Source: Candidatus Binatia bacterium
Lineage (GTDB): Bacteria; Desulfobacterota; Binatia; UBA9968
DNA: 64,000 bases
Reading direction: 5' to 3'
Assembly (NCBI GenBank): GCA_050735975.1
Contig: JBOHVS010000376.1
Span: 2,986 to 66,985 of the forward strand
Shown: positions 1 through 9,782 of the stretch, one piece after another
How positions within the stretch are numbered: the first letter of the stretch is position 1
How the letters are laid out: every line of letters starts with the position of its first letter
Position numbers and translations under genes: made by a program
Notes under the pieces: generated by a model
Databases searched by the model: none
Told to the model about the DNA's origin: nothing
The model's input: the letters and a program-made list of their open reading frames with translations, nothing else

Positions 1-51
1 GACGATTGGGCGAAAGTCACGATCCAAGCAGCGTGCTGAGAAACTCTGATT

Positions 52-128
52 GCAGGCTGCTCAAAAAGATCTCAGAGGCGAGGCGATTGAGACGCAACGA
101 AGCATATGAGTCTTTTTCAGCAGCCTGC
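52..128. repeat. Palindromic intergenic repeat, family R1 (complete hairpin unit)
   Basis: Arms GCAGGCTGCTCAAAAAGATCTCA (52-74) and TGAGTCTTTTTCAGCAGCCTGC (107-128) are near-perfect reverse complements. Confidence 0.8.
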
Positions 129-130
129 TG

Positions 131-1417
131 CTAGCGAATCAACGTGGCGACGACTTCGACGTGGAATGTGTGCGGGAAAAGATCGATGGGTTGAACGATG
201 GCAAGCTTGTACCCTTGCTTCGCCAGCTCTGAAGCATCACGCGCAAGAGTAGTGGGATTGCAGGAGACGTAGAGAATTTTGGCGGCGCCGAACGACGCGA
301 GGCGCCGGCCGATTCCTTTGGCGCCGGTCCGAGGCGGGTCGAGAACGATCTTGGTAAATCTCTCGCGCCGGCCGAAGCGCTCCAAGGCCTTGGTAACGCT
401 CTCGGAAATCCAGTGGATATTATCGATTCCGTTCAATTGGGCGCTCCGTTTACCGCTCTCGATCGAAGGCCGGTGGCCTTCGACGGCGACGACTTTCTGC
501 ACGCGCTTGGCGATCGATAGGGTAAAGTTTCCTGCGCCGCAGTAAAGCTCCAACACCCGGTCGCCGGCGGCAAATTCTCCGGCGATTAGCAGCTCGCTCA
601 TTATTCTCCGATTTCCTTGTGGATTCACCTGAGTGAAAACATCGGCTTCGACCATCAGGCGAATTCGCTCTTCAGTGTCGACCGAAATCCGCGTCTCTCC
701 CCACGTCCGACGCCACTCGCGTCCGCATACGATCAACCCCCGGATGCGCGGCTCGCCGGTCAGCAGCCCGCCACATGTGTCCTCATCGTCGGCGACAAAT
801 TCTCCAGTCGCCTTCGCCACGATTATGGTTTCATCAGGCTGATCGCCGGTTACGATTTCTATCTGTTCAATGGAGGCGTGGATCGACTTGACCCATTTTC
901 GGAGCGCTTCTATGCAGCCATCGGCTTCCTTGCCCGCAATGAGGCAGTAGCCGATCTCTACAAGTCGATGCGACCCCGGGTGATAGAAACCAAGCCGCTT
1001 GCTTTTGTCCACGTGGAGCCGGACGCGACGGCGGTAATGGAATTCGTTCGCTGAAGATATAATTGGGCAAACCTGGAATTCATCGAGCTTACCGATCCGC
1101 CTGAGCGCATCCTCGATGCTCTTTTGCTTTGCTCGGAGTTGCGTTTTGTACTGCACCTGCTGCCAAGGACAGCCGCCGCACTCGCTTACATACGGGCAGG
1201 GAGGAGTTTGGCGGTCAGGAGCTGCTTCGGTAACCCGGATGACCTCCCCGATGGCGTAGTTCCCTTTCTTCCGGACGAGCCGCGCTGTAACTTTATCCCC
1301 GGGAACGGTGGCCGGGATCATGATCACTTGGCCATCATATCGCGCCACACCATACGGGCCGTAGCTCAGTGACTCGATCTCTAGCGTGATTTCGTTTTTC
1401 GGGTTAGTCTGATTCAT
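131..1417 (-). CDS. rlmD: 23S rRNA (uracil-C5)-methyltransferase, RumA/RlmD family (TRAM + Fe-S Cys cluster + class I SAM MTase)
   Basis: C-terminal 428 codons of ORF 131..1825, with ATG at 1415-1417. TRAM-like N-terminus (YGPYGVARYDGQVIMIPATVPGDKV), Cys cluster CPYVSECGGCPWQ, SAM motif LELYCGAGNFTL, YVSCNP near the C-terminus. The upstream 136 codons of the ORF are antisense to the DUF309 gene and were dropped. Confidence 0.85.
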   Translation of the reverse strand: MNQTNPKNEITLEIESLSYGPYGVARYDGQVIMIPATVPGDKVTARLVRKKGNYAIGEVIRVTEAAPDRQTPPCPYVSECGGCPWQQVQYKTQLRAKQKSIEDALRRIGKLDEFQVCPIISSANEFHYRRRVRLHVDKSKRLGFYHPGSHRLVEIGYCLIAGKEADGCIEALRKWVKSIHASIEQIEIVTGDQPDETIIVAKATGEFVADDEDTCGGLLTGEPRIRGLIVCGREWRRTWGETRISVDTEERIRLMVEADVFTQVNPQGNRRIMSELLIAGEFAAGDRVLELYCGAGNFTLSIAKRVQKVVAVEGHRPSIESGKRSAQLNGIDNIHWISESVTKALERFGRRERFTKIVLDPPRTGAKGIGRRLASFGAAKILYVSCNPTTLARDASELAKQGYKLAIVQPIDLFPHTFHVEVVATLIR

Positions 1418-1450
1418 TGGATTATTAATAGTACAGGGACGACACCGTTG

Positions 1451-1822
1451 ATGGAAGCCCGGAACGATCCACGCTTGCTTAAGGGTATCGACGAATTCAA
1501 TCAAGGATTGTTCTTCGAATGTCATGAGACCCTGGAGGAAATCTGGCTGGAAGAGCACGGCGATGATCGGAAGTTCTATCAAGGCATTATTCAGATCGCG
1601 GCCGGTTATTTCAAGTATCAGCAAGGAGTCCCCGCCGGCGCCATCAAACTCTGGCGGACCGGTTTGGAAAAGATCGAAAGCTACGGCCCGGTTCATCTGG
1701 GATTGAACGTGCAGCCCTTCATCGAAGCCGTAAGAGAAAACCTCAGCGAATTGGAAACCGTCAAAGCATCCGCGATTGATTATCCCTCGCTCAACATCCC
1801 GATTCTGCGACGCGTTTGCTAG
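1451..1822 (+). CDS. DUF309 domain protein
   Basis: Motif FNQGLFFECHETLEEIWLEE is typical of DUF309. ATG at 1451, one codon after the TTG listed in the ORF track. Confidence 0.7.
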   Translation: MEARNDPRLLKGIDEFNQGLFFECHETLEEIWLEEHGDDRKFYQGIIQIAAGYFKYQQGVPAGAIKLWRTGLEKIESYGPVHLGLNVQPFIEAVRENLSELETVKASAIDYPSLNIPILRRVC

Positions 1823-1833
1823 CACCGCGCTGC

Positions 1834-2508
1834 ATGATCCGCTGCATCGACGTTCGAAAAATCTACCGGCAAGGGGAGAACGAGATAACTGTATTGGACT
1901 GTCTCTCGCTCGACGTTCCTGAGGGTCAATTCGCCGTTGTAATGGGACCGAGCGGGTCCGGCAAAAGCACTCTGCTGCACCTGATAGGGGGGTTGGACCG
2001 ACCGACAGCCGGTGACGTGCTGGTGGGCGGTCGCGTTATTTCGCAGATGGCGGATGACGAAGTGACGCTGTTTCGGAGAACCAAAGTCGGCTTTGTTTTT
2101 CAATTCTTCAACTTGCTTCCCAGCTTGACGGCATGGGAGAACGTCTCCCTTCCTTTCGTTCTTGACGGGAAGTCGAAGGCGGAAGCCGACCGGAAGGCGG
2201 CAATCCTGCTGGAAAAGGTTGGACTATCGGCCCGAAGTCGCCACCTTCCCGAGGAGATGTCGGGAGGTGAGGTCCAGCGGGTAGCCATCGCCCGCGCGTT
2301 GGCGTTCGATCCGCCGGTGCTCCTTGCCGACGAACCCACCGGAAATCTGGATTCGAAGACCGGAGAATCGATTTTGCGTTTGCTGCGTCAAATCAATCAG
2401 GAAACTCATTGCACCGTCGTTATGGTGACCCACAGCAAAGAGGCTGCGGAGTACGGCGACCGAACGATTCACCTTCGCGACGGGCGGATTGAGAGAGAGA
2501 GCTCGTGA
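1834..2508 (+). CDS. ABC transporter ATP-binding protein (LolD/MacB/FtsE-like)
   Basis: Walker A GPSGSGKST, signature LSGGEVQRVAIARAL, Walker B LLADEPTGNLD. ATG at 1834 gives the typical MIRCIDVRKIY start. Confidence 0.9.
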   Translation: MIRCIDVRKIYRQGENEITVLDCLSLDVPEGQFAVVMGPSGSGKSTLLHLIGGLDRPTAGDVLVGGRVISQMADDEVTLFRRTKVGFVFQFFNLLPSLTAWENVSLPFVLDGKSKAEADRKAAILLEKVGLSARSRHLPEEMSGGEVQRVAIARALAFDPPVLLADEPTGNLDSKTGESILRLLRQINQETHCTVVMVTHSKEAAEYGDRTIHLRDGRIERESS

Positions 2509-5090
2509 CCTTGCGTTTGCTCCGCTCCGTTTCCTGGGGCCACCTGCGACGCCACCGTGTGAGGACCTTGCTTACCTTTTTAGGGATCGCGCTCGGCGTT
2601 GCGGTCATCGTCGCGATTGCGATGGTCAATCGGTCGCTCACGAGTTCTTTTCAATCGACCATCGATCAGATCGCCGGCAAGGCTGTGTTGCAGGTGTCAA
2701 ATGGTGAAAGCGGGATCCGGGAATCCTTGTTTCCGGTCATACGCGACACCGAAGGAGTAGAGGACGCCGCGGCGGCCGTCGAGGGCTTTTTGCCGGTTAG
2801 CGGAGCGGAACGGGAACGGCTTTACGTCTATGGCGTCGATCTGCTCACGGACTTCGCGATCCGGGAACATCAGTTCGTCGATTCCGAATTTGCCTTCGAT
2901 CAGGCGCTGGATTTCATCGCTCAGCCTGACTCGATCGCCCTGACGGAATCGTTTGCCCGTCGGTTTGGAATCAGTCGGGGCGCCAAGATTACGCTCACCA
3001 CGAGCAGCGGTAAACGCAACTACACCGTTCGGGCTCTTCTAAAAGAACAAGGCGCCGCTAAAGTCTTTGGCGGAAATTTTGCGCTGATGGATTTGCCGGT
3101 TGCGCAGCGGACCTTCGGCAAGGAGGGGAAGCTCGACATTGTCGATCTGACGGTGGAGGAAGGGGTAAAAATTGAGGCCGTCCAAGAGCGCTTGCGTCAG
3201 CGGCTGCAAGGGGCGGCCGACATTGAGCGACCCGGAAAGAGGGGAGAGCAGATAGAGCAATTGTTAACCTCCTTTCGCGTCGGGCTGTTCTTCGTGAGTT
3301 TGATCGCCCTTTTCGTTGGATTCTTCCTCATCTACAACACGGTATCCGTATCGGTCGTACAGAGAAAGCGTGAGATCGGCACGTTGCGCTGCCTGGGGAT
3401 GCGTCGCCGGGAGCTGCTCGGTTTGATCATTTCGGAGGCGTTGGCGCTAGCGATACTCGGCGCGTTTTTCGGAACCCTGTTGGGGTGGCTGTTGGCGCAG
3501 GCCGCGCTAGTCGCAGTAGGAGAGACCGTTGGCAATCTTTTCTCGCTGATGAGCCTTGCTCCAGCAAACCTGACCTTGCGAGAGTTCGGACTTGCCGTCG
3601 CAAGTGGAATAGTTGTGGCCGTTCTTGCGGCTCTGCATCCGGCAGTCGAAGCACTGCAGGTGAGCCCGCTCGAAAATGCCAGACAATCGGCCTGGAGGCC
3701 TGGACTTCAAATAAAGAGGTCTTGGCCGTCGATTTCCGGCTTGCTTTGTCTCTGCGTGGCGCCCATTCTTCTGTTTATATCGCCGTCGCTGCGCGAACCG
3801 GTCAAAGCATTCAGCCTGGGCGTCATCGGAATGCTGGTGTTTTTGCTCGGCGTCTCATTTCTCTGTCCGCTGATCATTAACTCCGGGGTTAGTTTGTTTT
3901 GGCGGTTTGTCGGGCGCTTCCCCGGCTTCTTTTGGGTCGAGACAACATTGGCCTCCGATAGTCTTCGGCGTAATCCAATCCGCGCGGGGATTACCGTGGC
4001 CACGATAGTGATCAGTCTCGCGGCGATCTTTACGATTGCCGCGTTCGTCAACAGCGTGCGAGGCTCACTACTGGCTTGGGTGGATCAAATGGTAACGGCG
4101 GATCTGATCGTCAGCTCCGGGGCAAGAACCGCCGGTCCCAGAAACGTGCCCCTGAAAGAGGATCTGGCGTCCGGTCTGAAGAGGATTCCGGGAGTTAAGA
4201 TTACCGATCTATACCGGTTGATTCGCTCGAATTATCAGGGCAAACCGATTTTGATCGAGTCGTTCTCGGCGCAGGAGTCAAGGAGCGTTCGAACTCTGCC
4301 GATGGCAAAAGGGGACGGCAACGAAGCCTTGCGCGCTATGGGCGAAGGCAAGGGAGTGATCATCAGCGAAAGCTTTGAGAGCAGGTTTGGCAAAGGGATC
4401 GATGATACGGTTGATCTCGCCACGCCGTCCGGAGTCGTTTCCTTTAGAGTCCTCGGGGTCTATGTCGATTATTCCTCTGATATCGGCAGCGTTCTTATCG
4501 ACCGGGCCCTCTATAAGAAGTACTGGCGAGATGATTTAGTGGATGCGTTCGATCTGTGGCTTGAGGCGGAAGCCGATCAACAAACCGTCATTCAGGAGAT
4601 CAAAGAGCGCTACGGTGAAAAATACCAGCTTTTCATCAGCACTCATCGGGAACTCCGGGACTCCGTCGTGAGAATCATGGAGCAGTCGTTCGTGGTCAAT
4701 TACGCCGTTGAGATCGTTGCTGTGGTTGTCGCGATCTTTAGCGTCATCAACACGCTGCTGGCCTCCGTTCTGGACCGTACTCGCGAGATCGGCGTTTTAC
4801 GCGCCATAGGCGCGACTCAGGCTCAGGTTCGAAGAGTTGTCGTTATGGAGGCGGGCTGGATGGGACTCCTGGGAGCGCTTCTAGGTTTGTTCGCCGGCAC
4901 GATTATGGCGTATCACCACGTCGTCTACAATACAAAAGTCCTGACCGGCTGGACTTTTCAGTTTTACTACCCCTATGGCGTGGCGATTTTGTCCTTCATC
5001 GCGGCGGTCATCCTTTGCTTGATCGCGGGCTACGGTCCGGCGCGGCGGGCGGCTTCGACGCCGATCGTCAGCGCCATTGGATACGAGTAA
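2505..5090 (+). CDS. ABC transporter permease, double FtsX-domain (MacB/YbbP-like)
   Basis: 861 aa. GTG start overlaps the ATPase stop (GTGA). Two repeats of the FtsX pattern (REIGTLRCLGM... and REIGVLRAIGA...), each followed by TM helices. Confidence 0.85.
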   Translation: MTLRLLRSVSWGHLRRHRVRTLLTFLGIALGVAVIVAIAMVNRSLTSSFQSTIDQIAGKAVLQVSNGESGIRESLFPVIRDTEGVEDAAAAVEGFLPVSGAERERLYVYGVDLLTDFAIREHQFVDSEFAFDQALDFIAQPDSIALTESFARRFGISRGAKITLTTSSGKRNYTVRALLKEQGAAKVFGGNFALMDLPVAQRTFGKEGKLDIVDLTVEEGVKIEAVQERLRQRLQGAADIERPGKRGEQIEQLLTSFRVGLFFVSLIALFVGFFLIYNTVSVSVVQRKREIGTLRCLGMRRRELLGLIISEALALAILGAFFGTLLGWLLAQAALVAVGETVGNLFSLMSLAPANLTLREFGLAVASGIVVAVLAALHPAVEALQVSPLENARQSAWRPGLQIKRSWPSISGLLCLCVAPILLFISPSLREPVKAFSLGVIGMLVFLLGVSFLCPLIINSGVSLFWRFVGRFPGFFWVETTLASDSLRRNPIRAGITVATIVISLAAIFTIAAFVNSVRGSLLAWVDQMVTADLIVSSGARTAGPRNVPLKEDLASGLKRIPGVKITDLYRLIRSNYQGKPILIESFSAQESRSVRTLPMAKGDGNEALRAMGEGKGVIISESFESRFGKGIDDTVDLATPSGVVSFRVLGVYVDYSSDIGSVLIDRALYKKYWRDDLVDAFDLWLEAEADQQTVIQEIKERYGEKYQLFISTHRELRDSVVRIMEQSFVVNYAVEIVAVVVAIFSVINTLLASVLDRTREIGVLRAIGATQAQVRRVVVMEAGWMGLLGALLGLFAGTIMAYHHVVYNTKVLTGWTFQFYYPYGVAILSFIAAVILCLIAGYGPARRAASTPIVSAIGYE

Positions 5091-5097
5091 GAAAACA

Positions 5098-5150
5098 GGT
5101 TTAGGTTCAGGCTAAGGTCAAGTCTTCAATGTCGAACTTCGAACCTCGAA
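5098..5150. repeat. Family R10 (TTAGGTTCAGG / AAGGTTAAGG type)
   Basis: GGTTTAGGTTCAGGCTAAGGTCAAG ... CGAACTTCGAACCTCGAACC. Similar short modules at 5832, 13732, 21201 and 53283. Confidence 0.6.
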
Positions 5151-5174
5151 CCCTTCTGCGGGAGATGTCGCAGG

Positions 5175-5765
5175 CTAGAGTGTCGGCAACTCGGTAAATA
5201 CAACAAACCGGGCGCGGCGGTTCTTGAGCCGGCAGTCCTCGGTTTGCTCGAAACACGCCGGTGCTTCCTTGCCGTAACTGATCGTCACCAACCGGTTCGC
5301 TTCAACGCCCTGGTTCACGAGGAACTCTTTCGCGATCTGGGCGCGTTTCGCGCCTAGTGCGAGGTTATATTCGGCGGAGCCGGTGTCATCGCAGTGACCC
5401 TCGATTTCGACGCGCGCATTGGGGTGCGCTTTCATCCATTCGCCGTTCTGTTTGAGAATCTGCTGAGCATCGTCCCTTAGGTCGGGGCTGTCGAAATCGT
5501 AGTAGATGTCCTGCAGCGCCGCGCCGGGAGGAGTCACCGCGGCGAGGCCCCTGGCGATCGCCTCCATACTCGAAACGGAACGTGCGGCCGCATTTTCTTG
5601 GGTACTTTGGAGTACCGGCTTCAACACAGCAGGGTTAGAGCTGCTGTTAGAGCACGCGCCGAGAAAAACTGAGAGAAGAATGGCCCCACCGGAGGCGCAA
5701 AGGCTCCGGGATGGGCCCGTGCGTTTTCGAGGCTCTGAGGCTCGCTGATGGAATTTCACGCGCAT
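5175..5765 (-). CDS. OmpA-family peptidoglycan-associated lipoprotein (Pal-like)
   Basis: Lipobox LSVFLGAC. OmpA_C motif IEGHCDDTGSAEYNLALGAKRAQ...L...G. ATG at 5763-5765 chosen over the upstream M. Confidence 0.85.
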   Translation of the reverse strand: MRVKFHQRASEPRKRTGPSRSLCASGGAILLSVFLGACSNSSSNPAVLKPVLQSTQENAAARSVSSMEAIARGLAAVTPPGAALQDIYYDFDSPDLRDDAQQILKQNGEWMKAHPNARVEIEGHCDDTGSAEYNLALGAKRAQIAKEFLVNQGVEANRLVTISYGKEAPACFEQTEDCRLKNRRARFVVFTELPTL

Positions 5766-5843
5766 CGATGTTGCGTATGGTCGCCGGTTATACACGGCTT
5801 GTCAAGTTTTGGCTGGCCTCGGTAGTGACTCAATTTAGGTTCA

Positions 5844-5891
5844 GGATGACAGCCCCATCAAGTGTCATTCTGAGGCGTTAGCCGAAGAATC
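5844..5891. repeat. Family R8 (TGTCATTCTGAG...GAAGAATC)
   Basis: GGATGACAGCCCCATCAAGTGTCATTCTGAGGCGTTAGCCGAAGAATC. Confidence 0.75.
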
Positions 5892-5977
5892 TGGGTTTTG
5901 CGAGAGTTGAACGGGCAGTGGCTCACGAAAATGAGTCACTACCCTGGCCTCGCAGGCTGCCGAAAAAGCCTTATAGG

Positions 5978-6009
5978 CTTCCTGTCTGCGTGCGATGCAC
6001 AGGCAGGCG
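5978..6009. repeat. Family R2 hairpin (CCTGTCTGCG...CACAGGCAGG)
   Basis: CTTCCTGTCTGCGTGCGATGCACAGGCAGGCG. Related copies at 21241-21274 and 48913-48943. Confidence 0.7.
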
Positions 6010-6307
6010 TTGCGCGCACGGCTGAACGCTCTATTGCCAATTGTCAATGTTTTCGGGCCCCTGATTCGGGCCGATGGGTCCCATCATTGGGTACAGCAAT
6101 GAAAGCAGGACTCGCCGCATTGGCCAAATCTGTACTTCGGGCAGCTTGAAGATCACGCGCCAAGGAGTCCGTTCTTGAGTAATTCGTGGCCAATCTTGCC
6201 GCCGTCGGCGTGGTATGAAAGTTGCCCTTAGAGATTGGCGCCGTGCTTACAGGTTGGCCGAAAAAGAGGGAAAGTAGCGTATGGAACAGGAACTCACTTA
6301 TTTGATT

Positions 6308-6775
6308 TTAGGAGCCGTCCCGACGCTGATCTCCGCGATCGTACTTTCGCGCATTCGATCTTTTCCGAAGCGTGTACATCCAGAGGACTCCGCAGGCTCC
6401 GCCGAGGAAATCAATTAAGACGTCAGCGACGAGCGCGCTACGGCTCGGAACGAAGGCCTGATGCAGCTCGTCGCCGGCGGCATAGAGCAAAACCAGGACA
6501 AGAGTCCAAATTGCCCAACCCCACTTCCAGCTTGCCCGCGCTCCACTGTCAAACGCCCGCAGCAGTAGAACGGATAGAATAAAATACTCGGCCCAGTGAC
6601 CGAATTTCCGAAACGCTGAATCAACGGCATCGATCTCTTCTGCCGCGAGGTTGGGAAACAGCCGGGAAACCAGCTCTCTCAATATCGGCGAGGTATTAGC
6701 CGACGAAAAAGTATCGGTGGAGAAATAAAAAATCACCCCGGCCCAGAGCAGAACCGGGGCCCACTTCATGATCAT
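6308..6775 (-). CDS. VanZ-like family membrane protein
   Basis: Four hydrophobic segments and GDELHQAFVPSRSALVADVLIDFLGG, matching the VanZ DExxQxFxPxRxxxxxD pattern. Confidence 0.7.
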   Translation of the reverse strand: MIMKWAPVLLWAGVIFYFSTDTFSSANTSPILRELVSRLFPNLAAEEIDAVDSAFRKFGHWAEYFILSVLLLRAFDSGARASWKWGWAIWTLVLVLLYAAGDELHQAFVPSRSALVADVLIDFLGGACGVLWMYTLRKRSNARKYDRGDQRRDGS

Positions 6776-6787
6776 ACTCAGCTCTGA

Positions 6788-8065
6788 TTATCCCGGTATT
6801 GGTTTCCTAAGCAGCGCGTAAAAACAAGCGGCGATCAGAAATAGCGCAATCAAGGCGGACATCATGGGACCATAGCTTCCGTAGCGGTCGTACACCGCGC
6901 CGGCAACCACTGGCCCGGCGGCGGCTCCCCAAAGGTAAAAGGCGCTCATCGTGCCGCGAATCGTTCCGAAGTATTTTCGCCCAAAGAAGTCGCCCAGCGT
7001 TGCCCACCCCACCGGAAAGATCGATTCGACAACCGTGAAAAGCACGGCAAACAACCACAAATTCCATTCTGATTCACCGTAAGCCAACAAGAAAAGCGAC
7101 GCTGTGCCGACGAGCATGCTTACGGCCATCAGCCTCGGCTTGTTCATGCGATCCGCCAGCCAGCCAAGCAACAAATGGCTGGGAAAACTGACCAACGCCA
7201 TGGTTGCCAGCAGGGCGGCTGCGCGTTGCTCGGAAACGCCTTTCCAAACCATCATCGGAATAAAATGCACGGTGATCGTGTTAAACGCCGCTACGCGCCC
7301 GATGGTTGCTAGAATCATCAACCAGAAGGCCGAAGTTTTCATCGCCTCCCTAACAGTGAAACTAATTTCCGGTTTCTGCGCGTGCGGTAAGGCGGATTGA
7401 GAAGAAGTCGAAGCACTCGCTGCCGAGAACTTCTCCGGAGATTCTCCGTCCGGAAGCAAGCCCATACTCTCAGGAGAGCGGCGCACCGGAAGCGCCAGTG
7501 GAATTCCTATGACGATCAGTCCGAGTCCCGCGATGAAGGCGCCGTAGCGCCAGCCCCATGTGTGAACGGCCAAAGCAAGCAATGGGGTAATAAGCGTTCC
7601 ACCTAAGCTTATCGCGGAGCTGATAAGAGTCATGGCCAGCCCGCGGCGGCGAATGAACCAGGAATTAGCCAAAACCATCGGCGAATGCATAAAGCCCGCT
7701 GAAAATGCGAGCGAGATGACGCCTAAGTAGACCGCGAGAAAGGCATAGTAGCTGTTGACGGTTGCGAGAAGCATGTAACCAATGCCCGACAACGTGATCG
7801 CGATCATAATCATAGGGCGAGGACCGAAGCGGTCAATGAGGTAACCGGCGAACGGGCCCTCGATGGCTCCCTCGGCTCGAGCTAGTGAGAACGCCAGGGA
7901 TGTGGCCGCCCGGCTCAACCCCAGTTCCTGAGTGATGGGCAGGAAAAAGACCGTGAATCCGTAAAGATGAAATCCTCCGCCAAGAAGCCGGATAGCGCAG
8001 CCTACGGCGACCATGCGCCAGCCGTAATAGACTCCGCTGAACTTGGGTTTGAGTAGATCGAGCAT
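6788..8065 (-). CDS. MFS transporter
   Basis: 425 aa with about 12 hydrophobic segments, an MFS-like loop GYLIDRFGPRP and a central hydrophilic loop. Confidence 0.85.
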   Translation of the reverse strand: MLDLLKPKFSGVYYGWRMVAVGCAIRLLGGGFHLYGFTVFFLPITQELGLSRAATSLAFSLARAEGAIEGPFAGYLIDRFGPRPMIMIAITLSGIGYMLLATVNSYYAFLAVYLGVISLAFSAGFMHSPMVLANSWFIRRRGLAMTLISSAISLGGTLITPLLALAVHTWGWRYGAFIAGLGLIVIGIPLALPVRRSPESMGLLPDGESPEKFSAASASTSSQSALPHAQKPEISFTVREAMKTSAFWLMILATIGRVAAFNTITVHFIPMMVWKGVSEQRAAALLATMALVSFPSHLLLGWLADRMNKPRLMAVSMLVGTASLFLLAYGESEWNLWLFAVLFTVVESIFPVGWATLGDFFGRKYFGTIRGTMSAFYLWGAAAGPVVAGAVYDRYGSYGPMMSALIALFLIAACFYALLRKPIPG

Positions 8066-8353
8066 TTTGCGCTAGTCAGGCACTAATCGGGCTTTGTGCT
8101 TCCTGAGGCATGCTGAATCCGGTCGCCTGAAGGTGGACAAAAGACTTCGTCACTCCCGCGGATCCGCCGGAGGACGGGTCAGCCGTAGGCTGAAGCGGAA
8201 GTCTAGGAATGAAAACGCCTCTGCATCCCGTTTTACGGGAATACCCAGAGAGAAAAGTCTTGATACGTGTTAATCACGCAAGCAGCCGGTAGTCAACAGA
8301 ACTGTCAAATGAATCTAAACCTAAAATCGCAAACAAGAAAGATTCTTCGCTCT

Positions 8354-8409
8354 GCCAGACTGTGTTAAAACTCTCCGTTCGCGCTCCAACCAGGCTCAGC
8401 ACGAACGGG
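8354..8409. repeat. Family R9 (CCGTTCGTGCTGAGC...CGAACGG)
   Basis: Matches the reverse complement of 56421-56476 at 51 of 56 positions (counted by hand). Confidence 0.85.
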
Positions 8410-8426
8410 CACCGGACCCGGGCTGC

Positions 8427-9581
8427 TTAACCTTTGCACGTCACCCATTCCCTTGCGTAGCTATTCAAACTTTCGCAGCCGTTCCCGGTTACGACAAGCG
8501 TCTCGCCGAATTGCAAGCCCATCTTTTCATCCTTCGTGATCAGGTTGGGCTGAATTACAATAACCATGTTTTCGCGGAAGATCATTTCTGTTGAATCGTG
8601 ACGCTTCGTGGTCTTGGTTTGAAAGATAGGGGGATACTGGTTCACGCCATGAACCAGGTCGTCGTAGATGCTGTAGCCCCGCTGGTGGATAATCTCGGCG
8701 GCCTCTTCGGCTTCGGAGGTCGACGTTCCATCCTTGATTCCCGCCGTCAGCGTTTCAAACGCTTCGACTGCCGCGTCGTGCATCTTGAGCCATTCAAGGG
8801 TCGGTCCTTCGCCGATGGAAAATGTGCGATGAATCTGCCCGCTGTATCCCGAGTACGCGCCGCTGATCTCGGTGATCAAGCAATCGCCTTTTTGAAGCTT
8901 GCGGCTGGAGTGAAACTGCGCGGGAACGGGGAAGTCCGGACTACGCATGGCCATGCTGCTCATGAAGTGAATTCCGGCATAGCCGCCCTGCTTGAGATAC
9001 ACAGGCTCGATCAGATATGGAATTTCGTCCTCACGCATGCCCTCTTTCAAGCCTTCGGCCAGAGCCTTGATCGATTGATCGGTCAGCCTCGACGCGAGGC
9101 GAATCCGCTCGATCTCCTCAGTGCTCCGCACCGTCCGCATCATCCGCATCTTACCGCCCAGATCAGTAAACGCGGCATTTGGGAATTTCTCGCGCAGCTT
9201 AACGTAGTGTTGATATGGGATGGCGCCGACCAGGCCGATGTTTCGAGATTCCAAGCCGCGTTCCCGGAGTAGCTCTAAAACGCTGTTGCTGGTGTTTGCG
9301 CCAGCCCAGCGAACATCCTTTACAACCGACATCACCCGAGCCATGGGAAAATGATTGAAGAGTTGCATGAGCACGACGGGGTCTTTGTCCTTTTGCATGA
9401 GCACATAAGCTTCCCGGCTGCTGGGCCAGTCGGTCAGCCAATAAACGTCCGAGGCGTAACGTCCCGTGCCATAAACCAAAAGGGCGTCCACTCCCTCTTG
9501 ATCCATCAAAGTTTTAGCCTTCCTGTGGCGCGAAGCCATTTCCTCATTCGAGAATGTCGGAAAATCAGATCGTTGCCTCAT
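8427..9581 (-). CDS. M24-fold (creatinase / Xaa-Pro peptidase-like) hydrolase
   Basis: Creatinase_N-like N-terminal half plus a pita-bread C-terminal half (KGDCLITEISGAYSGYSGQIHRTF ... VHGV ... MVIVIQPN ... QFGETLVVT). Several metal-ligand positions look substituted (see findings). Confidence 0.8.
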   Translation of the reverse strand: MRQRSDFPTFSNEEMASRHRKAKTLMDQEGVDALLVYGTGRYASDVYWLTDWPSSREAYVLMQKDKDPVVLMQLFNHFPMARVMSVVKDVRWAGANTSNSVLELLRERGLESRNIGLVGAIPYQHYVKLREKFPNAAFTDLGGKMRMMRTVRSTEEIERIRLASRLTDQSIKALAEGLKEGMREDEIPYLIEPVYLKQGGYAGIHFMSSMAMRSPDFPVPAQFHSSRKLQKGDCLITEISGAYSGYSGQIHRTFSIGEGPTLEWLKMHDAAVEAFETLTAGIKDGTSTSEAEEAAEIIHQRGYSIYDDLVHGVNQYPPIFQTKTTKRHDSTEMIFRENMVIVIQPNLITKDEKMGLQFGETLVVTGNGCESLNSYAREWVTCKG

Positions 9582-9782
9582 GATTGAGTCCCCCTAAGCA
9601 GTATTCGTGTCTGTGTTTCGATGAGCGAATTCCTTCTGTAGCATTGATTCGGTTTTATGAGCAATAGCACGATCCTGCGATCCTTAACTCACTCTACGCC
9701 AAAGGTCGTACTGGACATTGCTTCCTCGACATGCAAATGTTTTACGGAGCTTAAAATTTACCTGCATCGACGGAGAAAAAAC

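Noticed and set aside
1-39. Possible 3' end of an upstream plus-strand gene (frame ending ...KVTIQAAC, stop at 37-39)
   Set aside because: Only 12 codons are visible, which cannot support a call.
1418-1825. N-terminal 136 codons of the 564-aa minus-strand ORF 131..1825
   Set aside because: The region is antisense to a well-formed DUF309 gene on the plus strand. RumA-family similarity begins only at the internal ATG (1417).
5898-6149. Short ORFs lying within repeat-rich spacers (5898..6149, 6235..6582, 11781..11975, 13958..14371, 18337..18546, 36701..37084, 62642..62977)
   Set aside because: Their sequences are largely translations of repeat modules, with no SD or start context and no recognisable family.
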